Of a stretch of 64,000 nucleotides of DNA, positions 50,748 to 64,000 are shown one piece after another (position 1 is the first letter of the stretch; each line of letters opens with the position of its first letter). This DNA comes from Lingula anatina. Taxonomy: Eukaryota > Animalia > Brachiopoda. Location of the stretch: NCBI GenBank assembly GCA_051362555.1, contig CM120640.1:15252001-15316000 (forward strand), read 5' to 3'. The notes beneath the pieces were generated by a model. That model searched no databases. It was not told the DNA's origin and saw nothing but the letters and a program-made list of their open reading frames with translations. The translations under genes were made by a program, and so were the position numbers.

Positions 50748-51736
50748 TTGAAGGGTTGGCAGACATTGTATTTTAAACACGTAAGCAGTATGAACGTCCT
50801 CTTCGGATATTTTTCAATATTGAATTTACTTAGGTTGCTTAATTGGTTAAATGCAAAAACGCGTTTTAAGTTTTGTGAAGTATTAAAAAGCAATTTACAT
50901 GTAGTTAAAATGAATGTCTTTCAACGTGATTAATGTGCATGTAATGCCCTCCTTAGACTGATATACTAAATTGCGATAAATTTATTATCAATTTTGATAA
51001 GTTATTTATTGTTTATTGACTATTCCGTCCATTCCTGCTAAATGTATACTGTAATATGGTGTTTACTTTTTTTTTTACATTTCATTTAACTTATTTTTAC
51101 GATTGATATTTCTCGTTTTGCGTCAAATATGGATATTTGGATAATATGTGCATCGGTAGAAATTTGCTGTGATTTTTGTTTTATCTGTGATTTTGCTCAC
51201 ATTGAGTCACATTTTCATATTTATTGTACAGTTGATTTGCTTACACACTTAGTTCGATTTTTGAACTCTTTGACGAGTGCTATATTTTTGTGTCACAGCG
51301 TGCTGCGAATTCATGATCATGATGTAAAAAATGTCACTGAAATAAAGATGCTATTTTCACAAATATATATATATTTATTTCATTTATCAGTCAGCAAAAT
51401 AGGAAAAAACTGATGAAAAATGATTTGGAAAAAAAATTCCATATTAAATGTCAAGTCTATTATTTCTTATCATCTCAATTTGATTAAAAGACAGGACCTG
51501 AAAATGTGATTTATGTATATCCTCAGAATATAGATATTGTTGCCATTAAAAATGGTGTTTAAGGTTGCATAAGAATTTTTCACTTTTGCATTTATCTGTT
51601 CAAATTGAAGTATTCATTTGAGGATAGGTCACCAAATACAAATCAATTAACGGTAGTAAAAATCAGAATCTGTCAAAAATGGACCAGTCCTTTATCAAGA
51701 ATTATGAGAAAATCGTAACCATGAGAACAAACGAAT

Positions 51737-54413
51737 GAGGAATACCAGCCCGCTTGGCGCCAGGTGTCGCTAGTGTGAATTCAGTCCTTCCACAGTCGCC
51801 ATGTTGGATATTGTATACGTTGGACTGTGGTACTGGCCTTAATAAACATGCCTCAGTATTGTTGTGTACCTGAATGTCAAAGTCGGCAAGGTGGGCATTA
51901 TTTTCTTGAGGATTCAGGGTTTCGTTTGAAGTGAAGGGTTGCCCATGTCAACACACCTTCCATGTTAAAGGGACAGTTACAACTTGACCCAGGCACAGTA
52001 ATTAGGCCCCTAAAGATAGACGAGTTGCCTCAAAAAGAATACACGTAAAAAGGTTAATTGATCTTGGCAAAACTTATAAAGTTTTGGAAAGAGAGCTCCA
52101 TAGCAAGAAAGTGCCCTTAGTGCGTTTTCTTATGTCCGTAATTTCAGAAGAGTTGTCAGTAAATATATATAAGTGCCGGTAGCCTACTACCCGCATAAGG
52201 TTGTGTTATTAAGTAATATCCTTTTTTATTGATGTATTGAGCATGACCGGTAATGTTAATTAAATAATTATTTTTATTTAAAATCATTATTCAGTACCTC
52301 GTAAGAATCATAAAACTAGGTATAGTTAGATAATTTATTTGTTCATGTATAGATGCAATTTCTCAGCCAATGGAATAATGCATGTTTGGAAATCTTTTTG
52401 TAACAGTTTAAGAAATAAAATTTAAAGAAAGAAAACATTTTATAAATGAACAGTTTTTGTTCTTTTTTTTTACAAAATAGCACTTCTGAATTGTTTTACT
52501 TGAGTAGAAACACCATATTATTTCATCGCTCTGAAAATTCATTAAAAAGCAGCAAAACCAAATATTTAATTTAAACAAAATAATTATTCAGTCCATAGTA
52601 AAAACCATGAAACCATGTTATGCTTAGATAATTTATTTGTGCTATAACTTTCCGGAATATATAGCTGCAATTTCTCAGCCAATGGATTACTGTAGGTATG
52701 GAAAACTTTTTGTAACAGTTTAAGAAATAAAAATTAAAGAAAGCAAACATTTTACAAATTAACACAGTTTTTTGTTCCTTTTCACAAAATAGTACTTATG
52801 AATTATTTTACTTGAATAGAACCACCACATTATGTCATCACTTTGAAAATTCTTTAAAAAGCAGAAAAACCAAATTATTTGCTGTAAATACAACTAGCAA
52901 TTTATTTCATCCCACTAAAAATACTTTACAAAATAGCATCATAGGTTTTTTTTTTCATTACAGTTAAATATTATTAAAAACAGCATAAACACATAAGTAC
53001 TTTTTGTAAAGAATATAGCACCACCAAATTATTTCATTTTAGTTAAAACATTTTTTAAAATTGCACTTCAAATTATGATTGCAGCTAAAACCATCTCATA
53101 CAGGGGTACTTTCTATAAACTAGTTGACACATACTTCCTATAGTGTTTTTCATTAAAAAAAGTTATTCTGGGCAAAATACATGTAGAAAAATATCCAGCG
53201 TCAGAATGAATCAACCCCACAAACAGATCTTTGAATGTAAACACAACAAAATAGCAGAATGGGCGATTTGTAATGAACATCTGGCCTTCTAACTTAGTAT
53301 AGTATTCGCGGGTTTTCTTTAGGCCCAGATTCGTGCACGAGATACACATTCCAAAAAGGGGAAATCAGGTCCGGGTCCAACTGTCATGTGTCTACAATGG
53401 TTTTGGACACAACAATGATTCATACAGTTTGTTTATATACTTCTTCTCTGTGGCTGCAATTATCTCTCCAAACCTGGAAGCAGTGATCTGCCATTGTCTC
53501 TCCTTGTGTCAGATTGCGCTCTTTCCTTGTTATAACTTGCTATGCTCAGTGTCCTTCGCTGTTTGTTCCTCAACCTGAAATATTCATATCCCATTAAAGC
53601 ATGGTAGATGGTTACAGCATTAAATAGTTAACATACAATATTATATTTCTATGAAGTCAGACATCACCTAGTTTGATAATTCTTTCTCATATTTGGGCCT
53701 GATTCTTAATATTAGACCTCTGTTTTCACTTACATCATTCCCTCTATCCATGCATTATTGTTTTCATGGCACTTGGCAATAGTTGTTGTCCATCACAGCC
53801 GCCTGTAAGTCAGCTTTAGGGTAGGCATAACTGGTGGCTACATCAATCTTTGCCGCTGATGTGAAGTGACGGGTAAGATTCCTGAAGTAATCATTTTATC
53901 CTGCTCTTGAAGCTGGCTGTCCTGGGGTCCTGAAATCGACAGTTTCAGGCTTTGCCCCCAATATATGGGCCTTCTTTGGGTAACCTTATAAAGAAAATAA
54001 ATAAGTACATTTACTAAGTATACACAATCTTCGTCTTTCGTGCTACTAAAACAAAATATGAGCGTAGGCCTACTCGTACTTACAGTAGTCTACATGTACA
54101 TAACATGTCAGATTTGACACACACACCTCGACTAATGTTCGGTTTTTTTCAAGGAAAATAGTTAGCATTCGTGTTTTTCAAGCACTAAATGAAAAGAAAA
54201 CACATACCTTTCAGTCAATTCACATTTTCATCCAGATGTTATGGCACCACATTCAAGTAAATTGCGTTTGAGTTGGTTCACTGTCAGCGACGCGTGCACA
54301 CGCTCCATGTTAAACTCTGGTGTAAAACCGTGAGCAAGATTCTGCGAGATTTAAGAAGGACTGCTTTCACCCCCACGCCATCTAGCGGCAGACCCTTAAA
54401 GCGGGTATTCCCC
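51737..54413. mobile_element. Decayed, internally deleted ISL2EU-type (PHIS superfamily) DNA transposon
   Basis: Termini gaggaatacc / ggtattcccc flanked by AT; plus-strand THAP remnant from 51848 (MPQYCCVPEC...GHYF..D..R.K*); convergent minus-strand spliced remnant with SAP (54308-54208, LTVNQLKRNL..CGA.TSG*K..LTER) and YqaJ exonuclease motifs (53574-53113, ER..ITASRFGEI ... YY..LEGQMFITNRPFCYFVVFT); in-frame stops present. Confidence 0.75.
52320..52880. repeat. Diverged two-copy ~300-bp tandem repeat inside the ISL2EU-type element
   Basis: ttagataatttatttgt...gcaatttctcagccaatgga...tttttgtaacagtttaagaaataaaa occurs near 52327 and 52625. Confidence 0.75.
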
Positions 54414-55560
54414 ATTGGTTCCATTTTGCTTTAGAACAAGAAAATTATATGTAAAATTTCTGAAAAAGCAGGAATGTAAATTTATACAAATTTAATCTAT
54501 ATCTGATGGTGGAAACATTAAGATATTTACTTTTAGTTTTGATAACAGCTTAAATGCTCATATTCCATTATTTACAAAATACTGTATACATATTTTTTAT
54601 TGTTTTTAGAACTAATTCAATAATAGAGAACTTCAGCTACCACAAAAACACATTATTTTCATATCAATTCCCTTTATCATTACTATTATCGGCAATTTTA
54701 TAATAAAACGGAAAACGACGAATTTGAAAAGTATTAATTCAGTTTTCGTGTAATAGGTGCACGAAGAAGCGTGGGGTTCATGGGTGTAAAACAAAGGCTA
54801 GGCGTAATAGGCGCATGTTGTGCAGAATCTGGCTGAGCTTCTGAAAAGAGAAAATAATGTTTAAAACTTAAGACTAAACGGAAAGACTTAACATACAGAT
54901 AATGCATGTAATAACACAGAGGAGCGGATATATATAATAGAATTGGCGTGATGATATAAATATTTGAGACCTCTTGCTTTAGCAAGAAACATTGATAACA
55001 CAACTCGTTCCATTTGGGGCGGTGGAGTTATTTCCCCTGTACCACATCCATTAATATATTTGCATTTCAGAGAAGCTCAAAAGATCACATTTACATATTC
55101 TCTTCGAAGAATATAGGAAATGCAGTGCACCTATATTTTACCTTCCGCCTGTACAATATCAACAAAAGTGATAATTTATTTCTCAAAGTAGCGCTACATA
55201 CACAAAAGTTTCAACTGAACAAATTACTTATAAAAACTCGAATAATAAAAATTTTAAAATAAAAATCAATAAAAGAGGAATGACGCCTTAAAAAGACAGA
55301 ATCAATCATACATTTGGGGTCCCAAAGCACTATAAGTTACGAACCAATAATTTCAACCATTCTGAATGACACACATGTACATTTACAAGGACTCGTATCA
55401 AAAATATTTGTCGTAAATATTCTTTCATTCGTCTGCGCCTTTAGTATTTAATAACAGTAATTATTGGAGAAAAAGTCATACTCACAGACATGTTCGTATT
55501 TGCTTCTGCATTACATAGGTCTTAGAAAAGCTCGACCTCGGGACTGCAACACACACACAC

Positions 55561-56020
55561 CAGGGCCGTAGCCTGAGCAAAATGCCAAGGGGGCAGTAAC
55601 GGACACGAGGGGGCAAAGCCCTCGACGGGGGAGGGTGTGGGAGGGTGTGGGAGGGGGGTGTCCCCCTCCCACGGTGTGGAAAATTTTTAAAAAAACTGTA
55701 TGTATAATACTGCATTCTGGTGCATTTTCACTGTTTAAAAGTCAGGGTAAACAATAACCTGATAACAGCCTGGGGGATAGCTCCCTAAGGGAGGGTGAGC
55801 TTTTTGGCATGACACTGAGTTGGCTAAAAACAGTACACCTTTGTAAACAGATTGTTGAATGATTGTCTAGTGGCCATGAGTGCATTTTCTCACAGAATTG
55901 ATACCAACTTTGCAATTTTTTTTTTACCTTTGCGAGTGTTTTTTTTTTTTTTTTTTTTTTTGCCTCAAATCCCAGGGGAGCTGCCCCCCCCCCCCTGCCT
56001 CCCCGGAGGCTACGGCCCTG
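55561..56020. mobile_element. MITE with CAGGG termini
   Basis: 14-bp perfect TIRs cagggccgtagcct / aggctacggccctg; cacac on both flanks; absent from the paralogous site near 38820. Confidence 0.85.
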
Positions 56021-56705
56021 CACACTGTGTGCCTAGTAGTCTATTAATACCAGACCGTGTCCAACTGCCAAGTGAGCGTTTGGGAAGACAGCTCACACTG
56101 CGATGTGCAACTTATTTCTTATGCAAATTAGTCATCAAAACGTCAGAAGTGTCAACTGGGATGTGACAATGGGGTTACGTGGTAAATGCCTGTGGTTTTT
56201 ATTCTGCATGGAGTTTTTAAAAATACACATACCAGGTAGGCCTACATTGTAACGTACGTACCGTACCAAATGATAGGCCTAACGTTCAATAAGCAGAATG
56301 GTCTGCGTACCTAAACATAACATCAGGTACAGGTACCGGTTCAGAGGTTTAAGTCCAGGTCTGGACCTGAACCTGTACCTGAACCAGTGTTCGGGTGTCC
56401 CATGGAGGACCGAAGGCCCGATAGCGAGCGGTAGAGCCGCGAGCTTCCTGGGGGAGGGGGGTCCGAGGCATGCTCCACCAGGAAATTTTGAAATTTTTAA
56501 CCATTTTAAACGCCATTTTCGGCATTTTGAGAGGCAAATAATTGTTCTTAAAGGTAAGTTTATTTTACGACAGCGTTAATGTTTTGATATGTTGGACGTT
56601 CCGCCGCTGCACTGGATGGTAACATTACAGAGGTTGCACCGTGCGTTCTGGCCCCCTAGCTAACGGCTTAGCGATTCCTATCAGTCTGCGAAGGATAGGC
56701 CTACC

Positions 56706-56839
56706 TACGGAAGCCGTCTGGTGTCATGTTAAAAAATTATTATCTCGCAATTTTGAGGTAGTAATTGAAATTTGGACAAAAAAATATTATCTCGAAATTT
56801 CGAGATAATTTTTTAACATGACACCAGTCGGCTTCCATA
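56706..56839. mobile_element. Mariner/Tc1-type MITE
   Basis: ~35-bp near-perfect TIRs tacggaagccgtctggtgtcatgttaaaaaattat / ataattttttaacatgacaccagtcggcttccata, with TA at both ends. Confidence 0.8.
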
Positions 56840-57068
56840 CCTACCGGCAGGGCCTTTATCAGACAAAGGCGGGTCCAAATGGAAGGGGGGGGGGGGTAAA
56901 ATGGTAAAATATTTAAATCATTGTCCCGCCCACATGCTTAAATATGGAAAGAAGAGACCCACAAAATCAGCTAAATCATGGTTCACCCACTCCCATTAAG
57001 TAATTAAGATCTAATAAGGGGGAGTGGAATGTCGCCGCACTTTAAGACATCACAATTAAACCCCTTAA

Positions 57069-57405
57069 AGGGATAATAACTCTTCGTTTCGGCCAAAAAA
57101 TGAATTTTCCTGGAGTAAACAACAATTTTCCCATACTTACCAATGGTTTATGAATCCATTTTTACATTCAAAGTTAGTCCCTGGTTTTTTTCTAAAAAGT
57201 TTGGTTTTTTGTTAAAATCTCTTAAGAGATTTTAACAGAGTATAGCCATCAATGGAGGTCACGTGGTCTAAAGACAAGCTCAGACATCAGAATAATAGCT
57301 ATAACTGCCGTTTTTGTGGTAAAACAGAATATACTATATTTCTATGAGTTATTCACAGTGTTTTTATTGTGAAATATAGATCTCATACGAAGAGTTATTA
57401 TCCCT
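57069..57405. mobile_element. TTAA-specific MITE (Kolobok-like AGG termini)
   Basis: 19-bp perfect TIRs agggataataactcttcgt; TTAA duplicated at 57065-57068 and 57406-57409; empty site with a single ttaa in copy 1 near 39332. Confidence 0.88.
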
Positions 57406-57441
57406 TTAACATAGTCTGACCCACAATTGGTAGGCCTTTTG

Positions 57442-57569
57442 TACCATCTACTACCAGGGCGACAGATTGATCTTCCACAGATATTCACAGATATGTCTAT
57501 AGATAAATAGTCATTTTGGCTCTCAGCAAAAAATGTCCACAATAATAACTGCGGCCCTGGTAGAGGGTA
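57442..57569. mobile_element. Small MITE-like inverted-repeat element
   Basis: taccatctactaccagggc / gccctggtagagggta inverted ends; not present in copy 1. Confidence 0.55.
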
Positions 57570-58540
57570 GGCCCTTTGCCCGGTTAGTGCAGGTACACTA
57601 GAACCGGAAAGAAGCCGTACAAAAGTCAACACTACTGCATCGTCATTTGTTAATACGTGGACAGCGTCCATCGTGCCTATGAGTCGTCTGGGGTAAACAA
57701 AAACATTTGCGTCACTCTTTCGGCTCGTTTCCTCTTTTTAAGTCCAGTTGGTGACTTCATATGCCGTGGTCGTGATATCATCTCTTGAAAGTTCAGGCCT
57801 TTATAAGCGAACTTTTAGTTTTAGGACTAATGCAGCACGACTGCGGGAACTGATAAAAAACTCAGTACATATACCAGTAAGAGTTGGCCTACAGCTTTAC
57901 AGGAGGTGTCAAAGGCATTTTACCAACGCCTTTTTATTGTCTGTGGAAATTTTACATGAGGTCAGAGGTACGTTTATTTGTCTAAAGTCATGTTATTATT
58001 ATTTGTCAATGTAGATGTAGTAGTACGTTATTCATGGCTTTTATTAGTATTATACCTGTGTAGCAAATTGGCTAAATTGAACGATATATAGAAACCATAC
58101 ACCTGTAGGTCAGTTAAATCGCGCGTGCGTGTCACCTAGACCGTGATCTTGAGTAAACCGTGGTAGACTTGATAGCTAGGGCATTTGAGTTGCATTGTGG
58201 TTGACAAGTGTGTTAAATTAAAGTAGATTTTGTGGTTTTTAGAAACATTGGCTGATCAAATTGACAGTTCATTTGCATCAACTGTTATTGCCTGTTACAC
58301 GGTACAGAGGGATCTAGTATGTGTGTGTGTGTGTGTCAAATAAGCCATATAGATCTACATTTTAAATTTGCCCAATATATAACTTGTTAAGGCTGTTGTG
58401 TATCTTTAAGTCTACATGTATTTACATTGAATATGGGAACACTTGCCAGAAAGAAATATTAATATGGTACCATTGATTTTGTTATTAGGTAAATGTCACA
58501 TGCTCAACATTTTTATATTTACCAGGTATATTAACAAAAG

Positions 58541-59476
58541 ATGGAAATAGTAGATTACGTGATTGGTCTAGATGTGAAGACGGCAGTTGTTGCCAGCCTG
58601 GCATTTCTTCTAGCCATGGTGTATCTAAGACAAAGGAAGGGAAATCTACCACCTGGACCCATGCAAGTGCCTTTTCTTGGAAGCATTTTCGGTAAATTGC
58701 TTAACCTAATACTTCCTTATATCGGGGGGAGGGGTGGGGCAATTTCAGTGGATTGTGCAAGTATATGTAAGTATGAGGCAGCTACATGTAGTAGAAAAGA
58801 TGTGATATGTGGTACTTTTTGCCACCATAAAATTATAGTTTTAGCCTTATTATACACATATATCCTGTAGATTTTAAAATGATTGAGCTGTTCTTAGAGA
58901 AGAGTTTGGCATAATTTTACAGCGTGCTTATCAAAATTCTTGCTTAATTTTTTTTTGCAGCTCTCAATAAGGATGTTAGACTGTTCAAGGTGTGTGAAGA
59001 ACTGGCAAAAACATATGGTGAAATGACAACAGTTAGCTTAGGCAAGTCAAGTTACAAACTATTCATATTTAATTATTATTCTTTTATTTATTATTTATTT
59101 ATTTATTATATTATTATTATTATTCATATTTATTGGGATAGTCAAAACTAATCTAATTAATATCTTTTTGTAAAATAGCATATAACTAATACTATGCAAT
59201 TGACATCATGACAGACAAATTCTTAATATAACTTGAGATGGGAGGGAACTTTCTCAAAAATTGAACAATGTACATTGCATCAAATTTGGTCCATCAAGTT
59301 TGGTCTTACATGTATCAGCTGTTTAAAGATGCATTTAAAGTCATATTTTTACCACAAAATCTGACCCAGTGCCACCATATAGTTTTAAATTGTTTAATTT
59401 AGAGAAATATTAAAGGGCATCATTCATATTTCCACAAAATGATATTTGAACAGATATTTTCTGTTTTCTTTACGTG

Positions 59477-59514
<38 letters not shown>

Positions 59515-62500
59515 CTTTACAATAATTTATTATGTGGGAGAGGAGTGAGAGTGATGATTATGCAATGCACGTGCAGTGCTACTGTATGTCATTTATGGGA
59601 CTTTAATAAACTGGAGGAATGGATAAATAGTTTGAAATAAATTTACAACCAAAAATTTGAAGCAGGTGTTGTTTTGAAACTTTGGGAGGGGGGCAGAACA
59701 GGGGATTAATTTTGTTAATGACATGGCATGTCGACTTTATTTTCGTCATATAAGAAACTAGTGGAAGTGGTTTATATACCTTATCGGCATCCACACTTGC
59801 TTTATATGTATTATAACTTTTAAAATGTTATCCTTTCTTTTCAGGGTTGGCACTGGAGAATCTTGTTGTTTTGAACTCTGCAGACGTGGTTCATGAAGCT
59901 TTTGTAGAGAAGAAAGAAATACTGGCAGGAAGAGATACAAGTATTTGGTCATGTAAGTATTTGTAAAAAGTACAATTATTTGATGTAATTTTACCTTGCT
60001 GAAGGTACATGTAACTGATCATGGCTAATATTGTAGCTGGAGGTCACCTCAGGGATACGAGGTCATGGGTCTGATCTCCATCATATAGCACTTAATATTG
60101 AAGGGTGTTTTGAAGCAGAGAGTTGAATGCATAACTTCAAATTAAATGTGTCCAGTTTGGTAGCACTACTTTAGTATACTGGTTTATAACAGTGGACAAA
60201 AAAATTTGGGAATGTGCATTAATTTTATCTGTATACTGGTAGTTGATACTTACAATCTGTATAAAACTCTTATCAAACCAGCCTTATTGTCCACAACTTC
60301 TACAGTCAAAATGACTAAAGTGGCTATTGTGAACTTTGTTCAGTCAATTTCATATTAATTACAAGCAATGTGGTTTTTATAGCTGATAATCTTTTTTTCC
60401 TTTTCTTACAGTTGATTAACCTTACTGAAGGTTTTGAAGATAAAGTATTTGGTGAATTTGGTCCAATATGGAAGCTGATATTTATTGATAATTTATTATC
60501 TTTTTCTTACAGTTGGCTTCTTTACTGAAGGATTTAAAGATATAGCATTTGGTGACTTTGGTCCAAGCTGGAAGCTTCAAAGAAAATTGGCACTTAAAGC
60601 TATCAGGTACATGTACTTCTGTATAGCTTATGACTCAGAAGACCAAGAATAAAGCTATTTGATGAAATGGGGTTTTCATTGTCTCTTGTGCCATACATTG
60701 TACATCAGTTCTGAAGAGATAAACATGTTTTCTGTTAAGTTCCTGTAAAGTTCTCAAGAAATTTGACTTTGTTTGTTTAGGTTCAAAACTTTGCTTTTTC
60801 TTTTCAAAGTTTATGAGAAAATACTACATTTGTTACATAATATTTTTTTCCACATATTTATATTAATGCCATATACTGTTAACATTGTGTGCAGAATGAT
60901 GAATGAGAATATTGGTAGATAGCTGTATTTTAATGGTTTTGCAGGACATATGCCATGGGGACTAAGTTGGAGCAACTATTGAAGTCCTCCTACAGTGATG
61001 TGGCAGCTTTATTGGAGAAAGAGAAAGAACCTTTTTACTTTGGGGAGTACATGCATTTAATGTTGTATAACATTATCTGTAGAATGGCATTTGGAAAAAG
61101 GTAAGAACAGTAATAACAGTTAATGCACCTCAAAGACTTTCATTGTGACATATATATATAGCAAAAATATTATTGAAACTAAATTTCTGCAATTTTGCAT
61201 TAATAAAGGGTATATCCTATCCAGAATTGTTGGTACAATTTCCATTTATAAAGCAAGACTGTTGGTAAATTGATTTCCTGATTACTAATCTTTTCAGTCT
61301 GAAGAGTAAAATTCACCAGCATTACTAGGTTAAAAATATACTATTTATGAAAACTATCCTTCTCAGTAAATATCTTAAAAATATGTTTCCATTTAAGAGG
61401 CACAACAAACACACATTCAAATACCAATTTGATTAATTGTTGTGATTTTTTAGCTACAAAATTGATGACCCGGAGTTTCTTCAGTGGAGAAAATTACTAA
61501 CCTTGATGGTCGAAGATTATTTTCAAAGTTTTCTACCACCAGATTTGCTACCTCTGCTGGAGCATGCACCAATAAAAAGAGTAGCTTCGTTTAAAAAGAG
61601 TGTCAAGGAATTGCATGGAATAGTCTATAAGAAATTAAATGAGCACAAGGCAACTTTTGATCCAGGTAATTCATGTTTTCTTTAGGTGTTTTAATGTCCT
61701 TAGGCACCATTTCAAATGTCCATTCTATTTCAGTACTCCAGTATATTGCTTTTTAGAAACATTTGTTTTTTTTTATATAGTACAGTATGTGCAAACAATT
61801 TACTTTTGAGTTTAGTTGAGTTTTTTATTCCACCTGTATTATGTGGTAATTTCTTAAATTTCTTGTTTGCTTCACTCATTCTTTGTTCTATTTTTTCAAG
61901 ATGTGTACTTTTTCAGTTGCCCATGAAAATGTTCTCTCTGATGTGAAGTCATCTCACTTTCAGAACTGAATGTATGCAATACAGAAAATTGTTTTGGAGA
62001 ATATGACATACTGATTTTGTTCAACTTTGATAAATGATTCCTGTTCCTTTTGATGTACAGATGCTGCTCCACGTGACCTAATGGACCAGCTGCTTTTAGC
62101 ACAGAAAGAGTCTGAAGAGGAGGGAGGTGAAGATACTAAGAACTTGCTGACAGACACACATGTTGTGCAGACTGTATTAGATGTGTTTTTTGGTATGAAT
62201 TTAAGATCCTCATTATGAGAGAAGATAGTTTTGATGGAATAACTAACTTTCTAATTACATGTTACTCTTTCACTAGGGGAAAATTTAGATATTATTTATG
62301 TATTTCAATCTCAATTTTAGAATTTGAATAAGCAACCTGTAATTTTTATCATTGACTCTTTAATTTGTCATTTTTACTTTCTAATTTGTCATTTGAGCTG
62401 TTCATAAATTGCTATATTTAGCTTTTAATTAAACATCCATTGAGATTTTAATTGGAATTCTATATACAAATAAATTATTGTTATTATTATTATTTAGCTG

Positions 62501-63590
62501 GAACAGAAACCTCTTCAGAAACTCTGAAATGGATACTTATGTATACAGCAGCTCATCCAGATGTTCAGGAAAAGATGCACAATGAAATATTGGATGTTTT
62601 AGGTGATTGGTTTAAGGCAAATTGGAAAATTATTTGTATTGAAATAGGGAAAATTGTTCTAACATATTACCATAGTGTAGTTACATATGTGAATGGTAAA
62701 AAAATCTGACAAAATCTCATTGCACCAAGAAATAGTTACGAATATCAATTTTGACAACTGAAATAAAGAATAAATTGTGCAAAAATTATATGAATAATTA
62801 TCAAGGTGAAGTTGACATTGGTCTTGCAGAAAAAAGTGTCAAAGAACAGGATTAAAATCATTTTCATGGAATTTGTCTATATTTTTCTACCAATCAGTTT
62901 TTACAGCAAACATTTATCCCATGCCACCAGTATATCATGTACCAGTTGCTGCTTCTACAATAGCATGTGCCATTCAAAGTTTTATTTTTGATACATGTAC
63001 CAATTTTTTGCTGTATCTTTGTTTCTATAACAGGAGGCAGTGATGACCTTCTCAAAAGCAAACCCAAGTTAACATACTGTGATGCTGTTTTGCATGAAGT
63101 GATGAGACTGAGGCCAGCAGTCCCAATGTCTCTGTTTCACAAAGTCCTGCAAGATACAAAACTGGGTAAGTCTACTGGCGATCTAGGAAAACTTTTTGGT
63201 GTATCTTTAATATATATGTATAATTAAAGTTAAAGATTAAAAAAATCATTTTTTAAAAGACTAAACATGTTTTGCTTACCTGGGAGCCATTACATTTCAA
63301 TTAATCAAATTAATTTTTTTATCAATTGTTCTTGATCATTTGATGTACAGTATTCATTATTTCTTCAAGGAAAGTATTATTTGCCGAAGGGAACAATTGT
63401 CACTCCAAACATATGGGGAATACACCATGATCCCGCAAACTGGGATTCACCAGAAGAATTCAGACCAGAAAGGTTCTTAGATGAACATGGCAACATACAT
63501 GTGGATTCTAAGATATGGCTTCCATTCTCCAGTGGGAAGAGAAAATGTCTTGGGGAAGCCCTGGCCAGATCTGACATAATGATGATCATG
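58541..63590 (+). CDS. Cytochrome P450, clan 2, CYP17A1-like, copy 2 (3'-partial; last exon beyond the window)
   Basis: Exons 58541-58691, 58961-59041, 59845-59952, 60513-60606, 60945-61100, 61454-61665, 62061-62192, 62498-62602, 63034-63165, 63370-63590; same exon sizes as copy 1, open frame, all P450 motifs intact. Confidence 0.9.
59480..59512. repeat. (TG)n microsatellite
   Basis: Direct dinucleotide run in intron 2 of CYP copy 2. Confidence 0.9.
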
Positions 63591-64000
63591 GTGTGTACCC
63601 TTTGGATAAATGAAATTTTTTTGATTGCACAACAGTATCTAGGACATCTTCACCCCCCCCCCCCTCCTCCAGAAATACTACCGTTCTTTTTGTTACATTT
63701 ATCTTTAAATAGAAATTACTTTACTGAAAAAAATCATGGGTAGATTTTTGTGTCAGAATTGAATTTTTTAACCTAAATACACCATATTTTAAATATCTGA
63801 CCTACATTACATGCCAAAAACATCAGAATTTAACATCATTTTGGCAGGATCATGATGAAAAGAGATAGAAATGAATATTGCATTCAAAACAAAATACATT
63901 TTAAATGTTCCAGAATATTTATGGACATATTTTTACAATAGTTTTCATGTTTTAATAAAATTTGATTCAGGAAAACCTTTTTAACGACGTCTTTGGTGTT

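Noticed and set aside
48848-64000. Duplication as a pure haplotype assembly artefact
   Set aside because: A sharp mid-exon junction with microhomology, many copy-specific insertions and clear intron divergence favour a real tandem duplication; read depth would settle it

Overview
AT-rich, intron-containing animal DNA; the repeat content looks like a marine invertebrate, but the taxon cannot be fixed from sequence alone. All exon coordinates were read by eye from splice sites and reading-frame continuity. (1) Two paralogous plus-strand genes encode an unusual type I transmembrane protein: tandem FCGBP N-terminal (IgGFc-binding-like) domains joined by Asp/Cys-rich DxDxDG linkers, Thr-rich mucin segments or a TSP1 repeat, an uninterrupted 53-triplet collagen helix, three Ca-binding EGF-like units, a helical stalk, one TM helix and a short Tyr-containing tail. 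Gene A (<1-19552) has at least 7 domains and its 5' end lies outside the window. Gene B (26281-37378) is complete with 3 domains. (2) A KLHL10-like BTB-BACK-Kelch gene lies between them on the minus strand. (3) A decayed Tc1 (DD34E) transposon sits in intron 1 of gene B. (4) A tandem segmental duplication (starts near 35409 and 48848) copies the 3' end of gene B and a CYP17-like clan-2 cytochrome P450. The second copy carries a decayed ISL2EU-type (THAP plus SAP/YqaJ) transposon and several MITEs. The most notable signal is the pair of FCGBP-N/collagen/EGF type I membrane proteins with identical collagen length and conserved membrane-proximal features, which suggests a hetero- or homo-trimeric surface receptor or adhesin system.
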